DNA of 64,000 bases, from contig OZ193909.1 in NCBI GenBank assembly GCA_964276515.1, forward strand, positions 12,152,001-12,216,000, written 5' to 3'. Within the stretch, counting starts at the first letter, position 1; each line of letters starts with the position of its first letter. Positions 48,401 to 61,094 of this stretch are shown here, piece by piece. Origin of the DNA: Gordius albopunctatus (Eukaryota). A program made the position numbers and the translations under genes. The notes under the pieces are model-generated. The model was not told the origin of the DNA, searched no databases, and saw only the letters and a list, made by a program, of their open reading frames with translations.

Positions 48401-50274
48401 TAATACCAACCGCGGTGGGGGGGGGGGGGGGAATGGAGGATCAACGAATGATTAGAGTGAGATTACCCCTTAGTGTTGTTTTGGGCGACCTTTGGTGTTT
48501 AACTAAGAGACTAACGCTCGCCTCTGGTCTGTTTTTTCCGATTTCGACCAAGCCTAGTGGTCGGCCAAGAAAAATAGACCAAAAAATCTTATGTCTGAAA
48601 GGGCAACCAAATGCAACACTACCTCTTAGTCCCCGAAATAATTCCAAATCAATTCAATTTAGTTGAGGGATTCATGGGCGCAGCCAGGGGAGGGGAGCCT
48701 AATTTATGAACTAGAGTGTGTTGAAATGATAAAATTTCCAATCCTTAATTTATATTTAATAAAGTTTATCAGTATTTAGCTTGGTGTGAAGTAAGGCTTT
48801 TAAACTAAATTAATATTAAAATTTAGCATAAATTTCATATAAGCTATATTATTTTTAGTGTCATGCTATAGCATTACTTCCTCCTACCAAAGGCTAATTT
48901 ATATCACTAATCTAAACCGATAATATATAATCATTGCCATTCCTTAAAACAAATACTGAGAGAGTGACTTAGAAGTTTATTGTGTAAGTAAAGCCTTGCA
49001 CGGGCCGCTCGAAGCCCGACCCGGCCTGAAAGAGTTTCCAGCCCCGCCGAATTAAACATAACAACTAACCTATTATAAAATTCGTAATAAAATAAATATC
49101 TTCTTACAGAGTAAATAAATTCCCCATGTGTATAATGAGCTTCTGATCAAAATTGCCAATTTTATTATAGTATTTATTTATCTCCATTTTATATTTCAAA
49201 AAGATTTTTATTCTGAACCATTAAATAAACTTTATTTCATAAGCTTAGAATTCTAGGTCTAAATTAATAGCTGAATAAATTGTAGCTGTAAAAATAGATT
49301 TTTTATTCCAAACTTATCCTAGTCATTGATTAAGAATAATAACAATCAAATTTATTTTATATAAAATAAGTTTTAAATGTTAAATTTGCCTAAAAAATTT
49401 TTCAAACAAATTAAGAATGCACTTCAATTTTATGCAAGTTTATAAAAATATTTTAAGAAATGTGATACTTACCCTCTAGATTACCATCATCATCATATTC
49501 AAAAACATTTTTTGAGTCAAATAAGGTTTGGAACAAAAAATTGTCTGCACTTTGATCCATAGTAGAATCTGAAGCATGATTAGTACAGGAAGGGTGAGAG
49601 CGATCATTAATACTATGGGTAACTCCAAATGTATTATCCAAAGTTGTAATGTTCTGACCACATCCTGGATTCATAGACCTTTTTAGAAGTTCTCTTTCAT
49701 CATTTGAACAAGCCTGTTGTGCCTTACACATATGAGTATCATCATTTTGAGTTTGGCTTTCATCTTTTGTTATGGAATCGTTATCATCTTGATAATCATC
49801 ATTTTCAAGATTATTGATTTTACCACTTTGGGCATAAAGACGGGTGTGACGATCTAAAAATCGTCTAACCAAGGCATAGAAATACTCTACTTTTTTGCTA
49901 TAAATCAGAGAACTACCTTGAATCACTAGGGCAGCTTGGGCAAAATTAAATGAAGTGCCAATGGTAGGGACACCAATTTCATGCTGTGGACTGAAAGTTA
50001 TGCTAGCCATAATATTAGCTCTGTTATCATCAATATCATGTAGGTAGGCTTGAAGAGACCTACACAGATCTACATTCCAATTTTCAGTTAGATCTCTTAA
50101 TGGATGCAATAAAGGTTCTAGGTATGATATACTAGAGGGAACATCTGCATTATTTAAATTATCATCTTCAAGTATATCTTCTTGGGGTTGAGTTGGTAAA
50201 TTATTGGTTGTTACAATCTTTTTCTCTAAGTGTGTACTTATCTCAATCGATTCATATGCCCGTTTTCTTGACAT
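40226..50274 (-). CDS. NCAPH2: Condensin-2 complex subunit H2 (kleisin-beta); exons 50274-49473 and ~42087-40226
   Basis: N-terminal LLHPLRDLTENWNVDL and FNFAQAALVIQGSSLIYSKKVEYFYALV; middle GEKYDFFINRTMLNDTGWLLLE and WDLMDPYE; C-terminal IPRLFFACLLLANSGNLDI. Donor G|gtaagt at 49473/49472. A phase-1 acceptor at 42088/42087 gives an in-frame ~887-aa product (exact acceptor inferred). Confidence 0.9.
42203..42361. mobile_element. hAT MITE (159 bp) inserted in the microsatellite
   Basis: TIR tagaggtgtgcacgga / tccatgcacacctcta, 8-bp TSD atgtatgt, ggatc subterminal repeats. Confidence 0.85.
42362..42466. repeat. (TATG)n microsatellite
   Basis: About 26 perfect units. The tract continues at ~42157-42202 on the other side of the MITE. 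Confidence 0.95.
42865..44765 (+). mobile_element. HINE/DINE-1-like Helentron derivative(s) with expanded central tandem repeats
   Basis: Perfect 18-bp subTIRs (42869-42886 / 44656-44673), (GTCC)5 after the 5' core, ~300-bp and ~237-bp tandem units, 3' hairpin gggccgaaggccc (44746-44758), T-run flanks, and a second 5' subTIR at ~43819. Confidence 0.85.
45283..46512 (+). mobile_element. Non-autonomous hAT transposon (1230 bp) with transposase remnants
   Basis: TIR tagaggtctgcatgggccg / cggcccatgcagacctcta. Perfect TSD tggcacac. Remnants PFEKASIKLEADKTP and hATC-like IPMATATSKLTFSKASRLILQRRTKLLPD. Confidence 0.92.
47964..48289 (+). mobile_element. Short non-autonomous Helitron (326 bp)
   Basis: a|TCttatatataaaa start, hairpin ggcaaaacaacgtttgcc, CTAG|t end. 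Confidence 0.75.
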
Positions 50275-50995
50275 TACCCTATTCGAGGTGATTCATGATA
50301 AAATTTTGCAAATTTTCCTGATTAACATCAGCATTTAGAAAGATTGTAAAAAGCCAAGTTCCTATTATAAATAATTTAAATATTAAGTAACATAATTAAA
50401 TACAGGATCACAATAATTCCAAATTTATTATATATATTTTTTAAATTAAGTAAATTTATCCTGTCTAAATATACATTTAAGCATAAAAGCATAATAAATT
50501 TTACATACACACCAAGTCTTAAGAGATGTATATTAAACAAATAAAAAATGGTTGCTAATATAAATCATAGTACAGGAATACTGAATAAAACACAACTGTC
50601 AGCATATGTCAATAACCTTTGTCTAGAATAATAGCTCACCCTAAAAAATAAATAAACATATGTATGATATTAGATAGGCCGTCAACTTGATACGAGATAG
50701 AACTAGTTCCTAAAAAAAATTATATTTTAATGGGCGAAATATTATTTGAAACATAAAGTCATAAATCTCTAATTATATTTATAGTAAAATATTTGTGGAA
50801 ATATGACCTCTTTAGAAGTTTTAGTGATGCCCAACGTAATAATTGAACATAGAGATAATTGCGATGATCTAACCTAGAGATGCGAAAGCAGTGAACCAAA
50901 TTATGTGCAAAAGTTGAAAAAGTAGCAATAGGGATGTGCGCTTCTTTCGATACATCAATACATGAGTATTAGCAATAATGTGTGTAACCTTATCC

Positions 50996-53900
50996 TAGAG
51001 GCCTGCAGAGTCACTTTTTTTCAACCCGAACCCGACCCGCCCCGAAAGCGTTTTAAAATTTTGAACCCGAACCCGACCCGACCCGAAAGCGTTTTAAAAT
51101 TTTAAACCCGAGCCCGACCCGACCCGAAAGCCTTTTTAAAATTTCAACCCGAACCCGACCCGACCCGAAAGCGTTTTTTTAATTTTCAATCCGGACGCGA
51201 TCAAATAGAAAAATTTGAGGATGAAAAATTTATTCGACAGAAATGATCATACAAAATTTGATTAATATATTTATTAAATTGATTTATTATAATGATGTAT
51301 AAATATTGTCGCGTCTACAATTTCTGGGCGTAAATTTGACCTTCTCTCTTCTATAATTCTACCAGCAGGGGAAAAGGACCTCTCACTACTGGTAGAAGAA
51401 GCGGGTATGGCCAAACGGATATTTACAAGAATAAATCTTCCACCATTCCAAAAGTTCGTAATCTTCATCCTTCTTCGTGATTTTATGATTTATGTATTGT
51501 TCGAGTTCGCCTTTTTCTTCCACATTACCGTCTTCCATACAAGTTTCCTCCTATCCAGAAAAATCGAGAAACGTGGATTGGGCATCCTTATACAAATAAT
51601 TATATGTTAAATACCTAGCTGAGTTCCCTTGAATGTTTCCCTTTCACCAACTACCGGGTTTTTTTGTTCACATTCGTGACTCAACAATAATTAAATCTCA
51701 TCATATACATTATTCAGCTCCTGGGGCCTCAACATCTTCATTGCCTTATATTTAGGACTCAAAAATGTTGCAATTTTGTAATAATTATCCAAATAAATAT
51801 TTTTATTCAAAATTTGTTGGAACCTTTTGGCTAAGTCTTTTGAGTCAAAAGGCACATTATTAATTAAACCATGATTTAATTTAAAAAACAAAAGAAGGAC
51901 TTTATGTAGAGTTGGAGACTTGTCAGCCTCAAGTTCGGTGATTGCAAGATTAAACGGGGTCAGAAATTCAATCAAATCTTTTAAAATCACGATGTCGACG
52001 CATTTAATTTTGCTTAAATCACCACCATGAGATGTCAAAATATCCTCAATTTCTTCATAATGCTTGCATACGGACTCAAGCATTTTCAAACGACTTTTCC
52101 ACCGGGTCTCAACAAACCCATGTAAAGTGGTCTTTAACTGTTTCACATCATATATAAATTGAAAGTTGTTCCAGACTTTAGATTTTCCATTGCTATTTTT
52201 TGTAACTGTATACAAATTTATTCAAGCATATTCTTTATCTTAAGTTGCATATTCTCATTTTGGTCATTGTTATTCACTTAAATAAAATTTTAAAGTGTCA
52301 TAGATATATATATTGGTAGGGTAGGAATAATAGATTAAGGTACACATCGCCTGCCTACAAGAGACAAGGTGGAACGGAACGAAAGCTTGGGAATTAGGAG
52401 AAGGATACAAGCTTTTCTACAGTGGGTCACCAAATTGTAGAAACGGGGTCGGTATCGTTCTAAGCGAATCGTTCAAGGACAAGGTGGTGGAAGTCAAACG
52501 TTGTTCCGACAGGCTAATGTGGGTGAAGATTGCGGATCAAGGGGGCCTCCTAACCGTTATGTGCGCGTATGATCCCCAAATTGGGTGTTCGGAATCAGAG
52601 AAAGACATATTCTTCGAATCATTGGAAAAGGAAATACAAGGAATCCGACAGGAAGAAAGGCTAATTATTGGGGCCGATTTCAACGCTCACGTAGGGAAAG
52701 ATCGCCTCGGGTATGAACGCAATCATGGAGGCTATGGGCATGGTCTGAAGAACAAAGAAGGGGAAAAACTTCTCCAAGTATCCCAAGCATATGACATGGC
52801 GATCGTTAACACCTATTTTCAAAAGCGCGAAGATCATATTGTGACCTATAGAAGTGGGAAGCATTTTAGTCAAATCGACTATTTGCTTATACGGCGAAAG
52901 GACTTATGGAGTATCAAAGATTGCAAAGTAATACCGGGAGAAGAAATCGCCAGGCAACATCGTCCCCTTGTTATGGATCTTGACAGAAGAGTATTTCCCG
53001 AAACAAGAAAGGTATATGAACCTCGAATTCGATACGAAAGGCTAAAGAATACGTCGACGAACGAAGAATACCATCAAAAAGCCTCCTCACTCTTGGGTGC
53101 AAGGAAGTTGCAAAGGGACGTAGACGAAGATTAGGAAACGCTATCTAAGGACATTAAGGAAACAGCGATTCGTGTTCTAGTACAGACCAAAGGAGGCAAA
53201 GCTATGAATAGGGAACTATGGTGGTGGGATCAATCGGTTAAAGATTTCATCGAAATAAAGAAAAATCTATATAGACGGTGGCATAAATCAAAAAAGTCGG
53301 AGGATTATAAAGAGTACAGGGACGCAAAGAGGGCCGCAAAAAAGGCCGTTGCAAAAGCGAAGAATGCTGCGTACACCGAGATGGCAAACAAACTGATCAT
53401 AAACGGGGCGATAGGCTTATGTACAAATTGGCCAAGATAAGGGAGAAGAAAAGTTGAGATGTCGGAGTTCTTAAAATAGTCAAAAGCGAGAAGGGTCAAA
53501 CCTTATTCAAGCCGAAGGAAGTGATGGAAAGGTGGAAAGGATATTTAAAGAAACTTATGAATATTGCAAATGACAAGGATTCCCTTCCCGAAATTGAGCC
53601 AAATATAAGTATGGTCGAACTCTTTCAGAAGGATGAAGTTAGGACACAAATGAACAAGATGCAAAAAGGAAAAGCAAATGGCCCAGATGGAATACCTATG
53701 GAAGCATTGCTCGGATGTCGTGAAGAAGGAGTCACCACCATGACGAACCTCATTAACAAGATATTGGTAGAAGAGCGAATCCCTAATCAATGGAGAGCAA
53801 GCACGATTATACCCTTATTCAAAGGGAAAGGAGACCCTCAGGACTGCGGCAATTACAGAGGTATCAAGCTAACTTGCCACTCCTTGAAGCTTTTGGAAAG

Positions 53901-55516
53901 GATCTTAGTAACAAGGCTGAAAAACGAGGTGGAAATATCGGCTAATCAATTCGGATTCGTGGCCGGCAAATCCACAATCGACCCAATCTTCGCCCTAAGA
54001 CAAATGATGGATAAGTATGGTGAAAAGAGGAAAGACCTATATATGGTTTTTATCGACTTGGAGAAAGCTTATGACACGGTCCCCCGCGATTTAATATGGT
54101 GGTGCCTGAGGAAACAAAATATCCCTGACGCATATATACGGCTTATGAAAAATATCTATGAAGCCTCAAACTCTTGCGTTAGGACGACAGTTGGGGACTC
54201 TAAACCTTTCCGGGTTAATATTGGATTACATCAAGGCTCTGCTTTAAGTCCCTTTTTATTTAATATAATTATAGACACGATAACGAGGGACTTTCAAAAG
54301 CCATCGCCGTGGTGTATGCTATATGCCGATGATATAGTACTATGCGAGGAAACAAGGGTGAAGGTATTGGAAGAAGCAGAAAAGTGGTCAAAGCGCTTAG
54401 CTGGATATGGTTTAAAGGTCAACGATCGAAAAACGGTATACATGGAAATGAACGGTACAAGCACCCCATCGCTGGATGACCACCTAAAGTACCCAAAAGT
54501 AGACAGGTTTAATTACCTCGGCTCTATGCTACATCAAGAGGGAGGTTGCGCAACTGAAATCAATGCCCGGATTCAAAAAGGATGGCTTAAATGGCGAAGT
54601 ATATCCGGTGTAATGTGTGACAAGAAAATGCCAATATGGTTGAAGAGCAAAGCTTACAAATCCATCGTAAGACTGGTGTTACTCTATGGAAGTGAAACAT
54701 GGGCATTAAACACCACGGAAGGAAAGCTATTACAAGCCACGGAGATGAGAATGATACGGTGGAGCTTGGGGTATACTAAGCTCGACCATATGACGAATGA
54801 CTTTCTCATGACAAAAATGGGTATTCAACCTATGGCGTACATGATTAACAAAAATCGGCTAAGGTGGTATGGGCATATACTAAGAAGGGACCCGGATGAC
54901 GTAAATCGAAAAGTGCTAGACATGAAAATACCGGGGAAGAGAGGAAGAGGACGACCCCGTGTCACGTGGAAAAGGCAAGTCGATAAAGTTATAGAAACTA
55001 AAGAGATTCGTCAAGACATGGCACTAACCCGGTCAAGATGGAAGAGACTCATCAAAACAAACCCCACCAATGTGGGACCAAATAACTGATAAAGAAGAAG
55101 AAGAACTTACTTTTTTGTTGATTCATGTATGTAGTTAAATTTTTATTTACTCTATAAACTTAGACTATAAACAAGAATAAATACTCATTTGTTAATATTT
55201 TACCTTTTGTAATTCAGCTTTAAATTTAAATTTGCCTCCAAATTAAACGAATTAAAAAATAGAAAAGGAAATTGGTTATATGAATGAATGATTATGATTA
55301 GTAATACAATTCGATATTGTTTTACAAAAATTATAGATAATAGCATTAATTTAACAAATACTATTAGTTCATTTTGTAATGTAAGATTCATATCCTTTGA
55401 CCCGATTCTATAAATCCAACCCGACCCGACCCGAAAGCATTCTAAAATTTTCAACCCGAACCCGAAAGCGTTTTTTAATTTTTAACCCGAGTTCGGGTGA
55501 CCCGTGCAGGCCTCTA
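50996..55516 (-). mobile_element. hAT transposon (defective transposase on minus strand) interrupted by an RTE LINE
   Basis: TIR tagaggcctgca...gtcac / gtgac...tgcaggcctcta. Perfect TSD ccttatcc. Tandem aacccgaacccgacccgacccgaaagc subterminal repeats. ETRWKS, FLTPFNLAITELEADKSPT, ATFLSP, and IPASSTSSERSFS (hATC). Confidence 0.93.
52339..55105 (+). mobile_element. RTE-clade LINE, 5'-truncated, with intact RT ORF 53521-55089
   Basis: APE motifs IACLQETRW, GADFNAHVG, SQIDY. RT motifs NYRGIKL, FIDLEKAYD, GLHQGSALSP, YADD, YGSETW, LRWYGH. (GAA)n tail at ~55092-55105. Stops and a frameshift in the linker. Confidence 0.95.
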
Positions 55517-55824
55517 CCTTATCCCGCGTGATAAGAATGGAACTTATTAAGTATTGATACAAGCGCGAGACAACAAAACAACTATAACCTAAGACTACAT
55601 AGATTGCTCATGCCATATGTTCCATATGATAAATTGTGTGTCAAATTATCCGCCATTTAAAGGAGCACAACTGATGTATTTCAACTATGACATTTTGTGC
55701 TATTCCATATTGTTCTCATAGAAAAACTCGGGATAAAACTTATTTTTATCATGAGTAAGTAAAAATCCTTAATATAATTTAAATTTTTTTTACCAATTTA
55801 CATAATTTTTTTTTTTAATTTTAG

Positions 55825-55976
55825 GTTTCCAATAAAAAATTCCCAGCTTGTCATCAATCCATTCTAGGATGATCTGTTCTTATCCTTTTTCCAGGGATAT
55901 GTACTATCCAACTTCATCAAAATATCATCAATTGAGAGAAAATGCCATTCCAATAATTTTTGATTTTCCAGGATAG
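55825..55976 (+). pseudogene. Degenerate THAP-domain exon remnant
   Basis: Flanked by ttttag and gtaaac. Ends QLRENAIPIIFDFP, which resembles the THAP AVPTIF box. Upstream frame is disrupted. Confidence 0.4.
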
Positions 55977-56002
55977 GTAAACCTATAAACTTCAATTATT
56001 AA

Positions 56003-58000
56003 CCCTCCATATACTTATAGAAATCACAGGTTTATAAAACCCCATTCTTAAAAATTTTAAAATTATATGCAAGTTACTAAAATTAATAAAACTCAAAATG
56101 ACATGTTTTATTTATTGTTATGGAGACCAAATAGTTAGTAGAAATATAAAAATCAAATGTTTTTCTATTGAAAGAAGGTCTGAATAATATTAAAAAAACA
56201 GGCATTATATCTGGTTTTAAAGCAGTCCCAGAATCTGGGTCAATTTTTTGGTCATAATGAAAAGATGACAAAATCACCTACTTGTTTTTTTGGAATATAA
56301 GATAGTAACGGTAGATTTTCTTGAAAAAGGAAGTTTATTGATAAGACTTTTGCACTTTTCGCTTGGCCAGAATTTTGTGTAATTTGCTTTTTATATTGCA
56401 TTTTTATTTGAATTTGTGATGGGCATTATCAACCTTGTAACTACGTCAAATGGCTTGTTACTATCTTTATAAGAATCATCTGGCTGAGAGCCTGATATAA
56501 TTCCAAGTTATATGTATGACAAGCTTTGCATCCACAAGAGAATAGTTGAGCCTGTAGAGGATAACTGACGATGTGTAATGTACGCTTAAGTTCTATTTTG
56601 CCAGTCGAGTAAAAGGATACAACAGGGGATATATTTTATTTTCTCTCGCGTTTTTATTATTATCGTACGTTCGATCGCGTTTGTTCTCTTCTCGCGCGCG
56701 TATACGTGTAACGTTTACAAAGCTGGCTGAGGTGTTTGCCAGCTTCAGAGAACTCCTGCAGAAGGAATGTTAAGGCGGAAAATTAGAACCGATTGGGAGG
56801 TGTTGCGGGAAATCAAACCTCAACATTGGACGGAGAGCGGAAAATCGTGCACGTACGACGTCGGAGACCCACTTTGGGTGCGTATATTTCTGGGGGCCTG
56901 ATAAATGGGTGGAGGGCACCATTATTTCCAACGCGGGGCGGGCTCGTTCGATATTAGGGCCCTAGGGAAAAGCCATCATCTGCATTTGGATTAGTTGAGA
57001 CCAAGAAAAATATTGGACTGGAGAATGGTTGGAAATGAAAATGGATGGCCGGACCGGGGTACGCTCGCGCGATTGAGTCCCATTGCAAACGAGCCAATAG
57101 ATGCAAGCCCCTTGCCAACGGCGTCCAGTCAAGGTTCCCTGCCAATAATTCGCAATGACAATGCCACTAGAGAAGCGGGTGAACACAATGCCCTTCCCGT
57201 TTCTCTGGAGCTTAACAAGACCCAGCCGGAGGTTAGATACCCGCGCCGGGTACGACAGGCCCCAAGCTACTTAAAACATTATCTTTGTGAAAAGGGGGAA
57301 GTGTAGAGGATAACTGACGATGTGTAATATACGCTTAAGTTCTATGTTGCCGGTGGAGTAAAAGGATACAACAGGGGATATATTTTATTTCCTCTCGCGT
57401 TTTTATTATTTCCATACGTTCGATCGCATTTGTTCTCCTTTCGCGGGCGTATACGTGTAACGTGGTTATATCCCATTGATTTTAAATAAAGCCAAATAGC
57501 TTTAACAAAGCCCATATGTGTAAGGCTTATTTGGAATATATTGTCGAAAAGTTACCTATTTTAGCATATAAAATATTCTTGATTTTCTATACCATATAAA
57601 TATTTTGGTTTAGCAAAGTCTGTCCTATCTTCTATATCTACAACCGAATCACTTCCTTTTCACTCTAAATTATATCTTCTTGATTTTAACAGAAAGTTAT
57701 CTAAATAATTATGGCAATATAATCTTATTTTTACCATCAGAATATGAACTTGAGGATTATAAACAATCATAAATTAAACTACTTATAATAGCTGATTACA
57801 AAAGTTACCATAAATAGCTTCACAAGAATATCAATAACTATAAAAATAAACAAATTTAATTAAAGATATTGATTATGTTATGCACATGCTTAAATTACTA
57901 TTTTTAAGTCAAAAAAATTTTGAAAAATAAAAAAAACTTTCTTAATTGACCTTATGGGGTATATGAAACCCCAAACGTTATATCTCCAAAAGTATTGATT
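56003..58000 (-). mobile_element. Decayed piggyBac transposon with transposase remnants, interrupted by an LTR element
   Basis: ttaa|ccctccatatacttatag terminus. Minus-strand remnants YSLVDAK, GSQPDDSYKDSNKPFDVVTRLIMP, LLSYIPKK and LSSFHYDQKIDPDSGTALKPDI. ~57880-58000 matches the left part of the MITE at 18655. Confidence 0.8.
56553..57463 (+). mobile_element. Internally deleted Gypsy LTR element (TRIM-like, ~0.9 kb) with two ~161-bp LTRs
   Basis: Direct repeats tgtagaggataactgacg...tatacgtgtaacgt at 56553-56714 and 57302-57463. PPT gaaaagggggaag before the 3' LTR. Integrase C-terminal remnants GPDKWVEGTII and RYPRRVRQAPSYLKHY. Confidence 0.88.
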
Positions 58001-58559
58001 TTAATAATCTGTAACGAATACAAATTTAAAACTTTTAATTAATTTAATAGTTTGGAAAAATCTCAAATCTCTTTTTCATAATCATTCTCGTAATATAAAT
58101 CAAAAATTAAGAATTAATATAAGAAATAAATTGAATAAAAATGTTTTATTTTTAGGCCAATAATAGTCAATTTACTTTTCTCACTAGTTTATAATAAATT
58201 TGAACGAACGTCAATAAATTAATATTATGCATAATATAGATGGCGCTATATTTATTAAACATCATATTTATTTTAGAATGTTGTCTATAATATCTACCCA
58301 ATTCAATATTTTTTATTTACCTTTTTTAAGATAATTTAATTTATAAAAATTACTAATAAATAATGTAGAGTATTTTGCACTATTTTAAGTAATATAAAAA
58401 TGAGAATTGTATATACATCTAGGTTCTTATTTAATTTTATTGATAAAGCTGACCTTATTAAAACTGTATAAATCATATGTAATTTTTAACACAGATGGAA
58501 GAATTTTTTCCACTATTTTAAATAATATAAAAATGAGGATTTTATATATGTCTAGCAGA

Positions 58560-59737
58560 GGTCAGATTTGTTGTTCGGTCTTTCAACGTAATTGACCGCA
58601 AAGCGTTCCCCCGCTGTTCTCGAGTTCCAACGTATTTGACGCCATATTTCGGGTTCGAATTCTTGTATCCAATCGATACCGCATAGCGACGGCCCCGCTA
58701 CGTCTGCTAGCAATAATGACAGCTGTTTCCTCGTGTTACCCAATCGGACATCGGCTTGTACCTTGGCTACGATCTTTATTTCCCCGTGGCCGTAGGCGTA
58801 CACCGTCGGGACGGCCTCTTTGTTGCGTGGGATCTCCTTCGCCCATCTTCGCGCCGGTATCGACGATAAATTGGAACAATTCGTTATTAATATATATATC
58901 AACTGTTAACACATTGTTGTGAAGGGTGTTTACACTTTAAGCTGGGAATCCGGACCGGCCCAGGCCACGCTTCTCGTCTCGCCACTACGCTCAACGCCTC
59001 TTCGACCCCGTCCTGCAAGGTGCTTAGCCTCCCATTTATCATCTCGGCCGTTAATGCCAGCTCTCGTAGGCGGTCCCATTTGATGTCATTTTCTGCCAAC
59101 AGTCTCGCCTGTAAACTTCTATCGCGCAATCCTATAATGAATTGGTCGACGATTCTGCTCTGCGCTTCTTCATTTCCGAAGTTGCAGCTATTAGCCCCGG
59201 CCTTGAGTCTATTAGCGTACGCGTCTATCGTCTCTCCCTGGCCTTGTCGGAGCTTTGAGAATTCGTACCTCTTTGCTCTCGTACATGAATTTCTCTGGAA
59301 TATATTCCTTAACCGATTTTTCGCTTCTTCGTATGTAATTCCTGTCAATTCTTGCGGTCTATAATCCTCTAGTATTAATTGGAATGCATCCCCCTCGAGG
59401 CTGGTTAATAATAGCGCGGCTTTTTGTTCATCTGTCTCCGTCTTATTGTTCCTAAGGAATAACTCAAATTGAGTTAAGAAAGCGTCGATGTTAGCCGTTG
59501 TTTTATATTTCTGCATCTCCGCGTAGGATCCTACTCACGACGCCACTGTTAAGGGCTGATATTTATTCACGTAAACTATTAGGAGTGTGATACAAAAACA
59601 CGACGAAAAAGTGTCCATTTAACCAACGCATTTATAAGTTACAACCAATTAACGATAATTTGATCGCCAACGCGCGTGTAAATAACATCAAAACACAGGT
59701 AACTATCGTATCCCTGGAGGCACTTTACCTCTCTACA
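58560..59737 (-). mobile_element. Ty3/Gypsy 5' portion: LTR (59737-59547), PBS, gag and protease remnant
   Basis: LTR TG...CA with AATAAA, PBS gtggcgtcgtgag. Gag FLTQFELFL...KAALLLTSL...TYEE...RYEFSKLRQGQGET...DQFIIGL. Protease tail GPSLCGIDWI. Confidence 0.88.
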
Positions 59738-59799
59738 AATAGGTTTGCTTTTCTGCTCAAAGATTAAACCTAAAAAAATTGTATAATATAATTAATATA

Positions 59800-60340
59800 T
59801 ATTAATTTACTAGTGTCCTTTTTTAATCTACCATTGCCTTTCCTAAACTTTGGAGGCATTTTAAAGACCCCATTCTGTTTTCAATACCTAAAAAGTTTAC
59901 AACAGTTTAAATTTAATTACTTTTTATTTTAGAAAAAGCACTTGAGAATCACTAACATCATAATTATTAGTAACTATGTTGGATTGTTGAGGATTGCCTA
60001 CATCTTAATTAAGTAGTTAACAATAAAACTTAAGTTACTTGCAGCCATTCCGAAAATGTCAGGGACTCTACGTTCTAACATATTAGCTTTGAAATATTCA
60101 ATAGCAATGAAATACATATCAAATAACTTATCATCCACTTTTAATTGTAGTTGTAGGCACATTGTCAATTTGAATGATAACCTAATTTTCAGAATCCACA
60201 TTAATTGACACAGATTTTACCCATCTCTCTGGGCATAATTTAGTGTCAAAGTATTCAATGTTTTTAAATTTCTTTGCCTTAAAGAGGTGACAACAAGGCA
60301 ACAATATGCTGCTTTGAAAGCCACATGAGCATGTAGTTTC
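59800..60340 (-). pseudogene. SWIM zinc-finger remnant (MULE-SWIM transposase or ZSWIM-like)
   Basis: Exon-like 60339-60221 reads TTCSCGFQSSILLPCCHLFKAKK...LCPERW (CxC...CxH). KMPPKFRKG lies downstream. Confidence 0.55.
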
Positions 60341-61094
60341 TATAATAAAATAAATTTTTTTTTCATATTCCGTCTTAGCTTTGAGTAAATCAAATAGTGA
60401 TTCGAAGTAATGTCCAAAAGTTTATTTCTATGGCGATATAATACTTTTTAAAAAATTCTACTTACCATCTTTATACAATTGAATGACCCTAGGCGATTAA
60501 AATAAAAAGAAATTAATTGCGCGATTTAATTGTAAACAACGACATCATAATACCGATCATTTGTTGATCGGAAAATAGTAATTATAAGAAACTCATTTTT
60601 GAAAATGGCTGCGCATACTAAAAAATGGTAGGTGTAGCCATCGCCTATGTATAAGTCCAGATGACAAAGAAGAGCTTAGCTAAATTAGCAAGCTAAGATT
60701 AAGTCCCATCTGACACCATAGGTGCATATTGGGCCACGCTAACCAGAGGTTACGTATTCAGTTGTTAGTAGGTTAGTGTGTTAGTATGTTAAAGCGAAGA
60801 TCAGTGTTGTTAGTAACAGGAAGCATTAAAGTAAAAGCAGAACATGCAAGCGAATAGTATAAGCATATAAATATAGGATACGACACTTCCTTGGTATTCT
60901 GGAAAGAGGACTTGCAGGTTTTACATTGTTTGCTAGTTTGGGCGTCGGACTCGGGCTCATGGTTAGATGGTGTGGAAAGAAAGTGAAGTGGCTCTTCATG
61001 GTTAGCTAGTTTGGACGTCGCACTCGGTCTCAGGTATAGATAAGATCATTATAAAAAGAAAAAAGTGTAGATACTATTTGGGATGACGTAGGGT

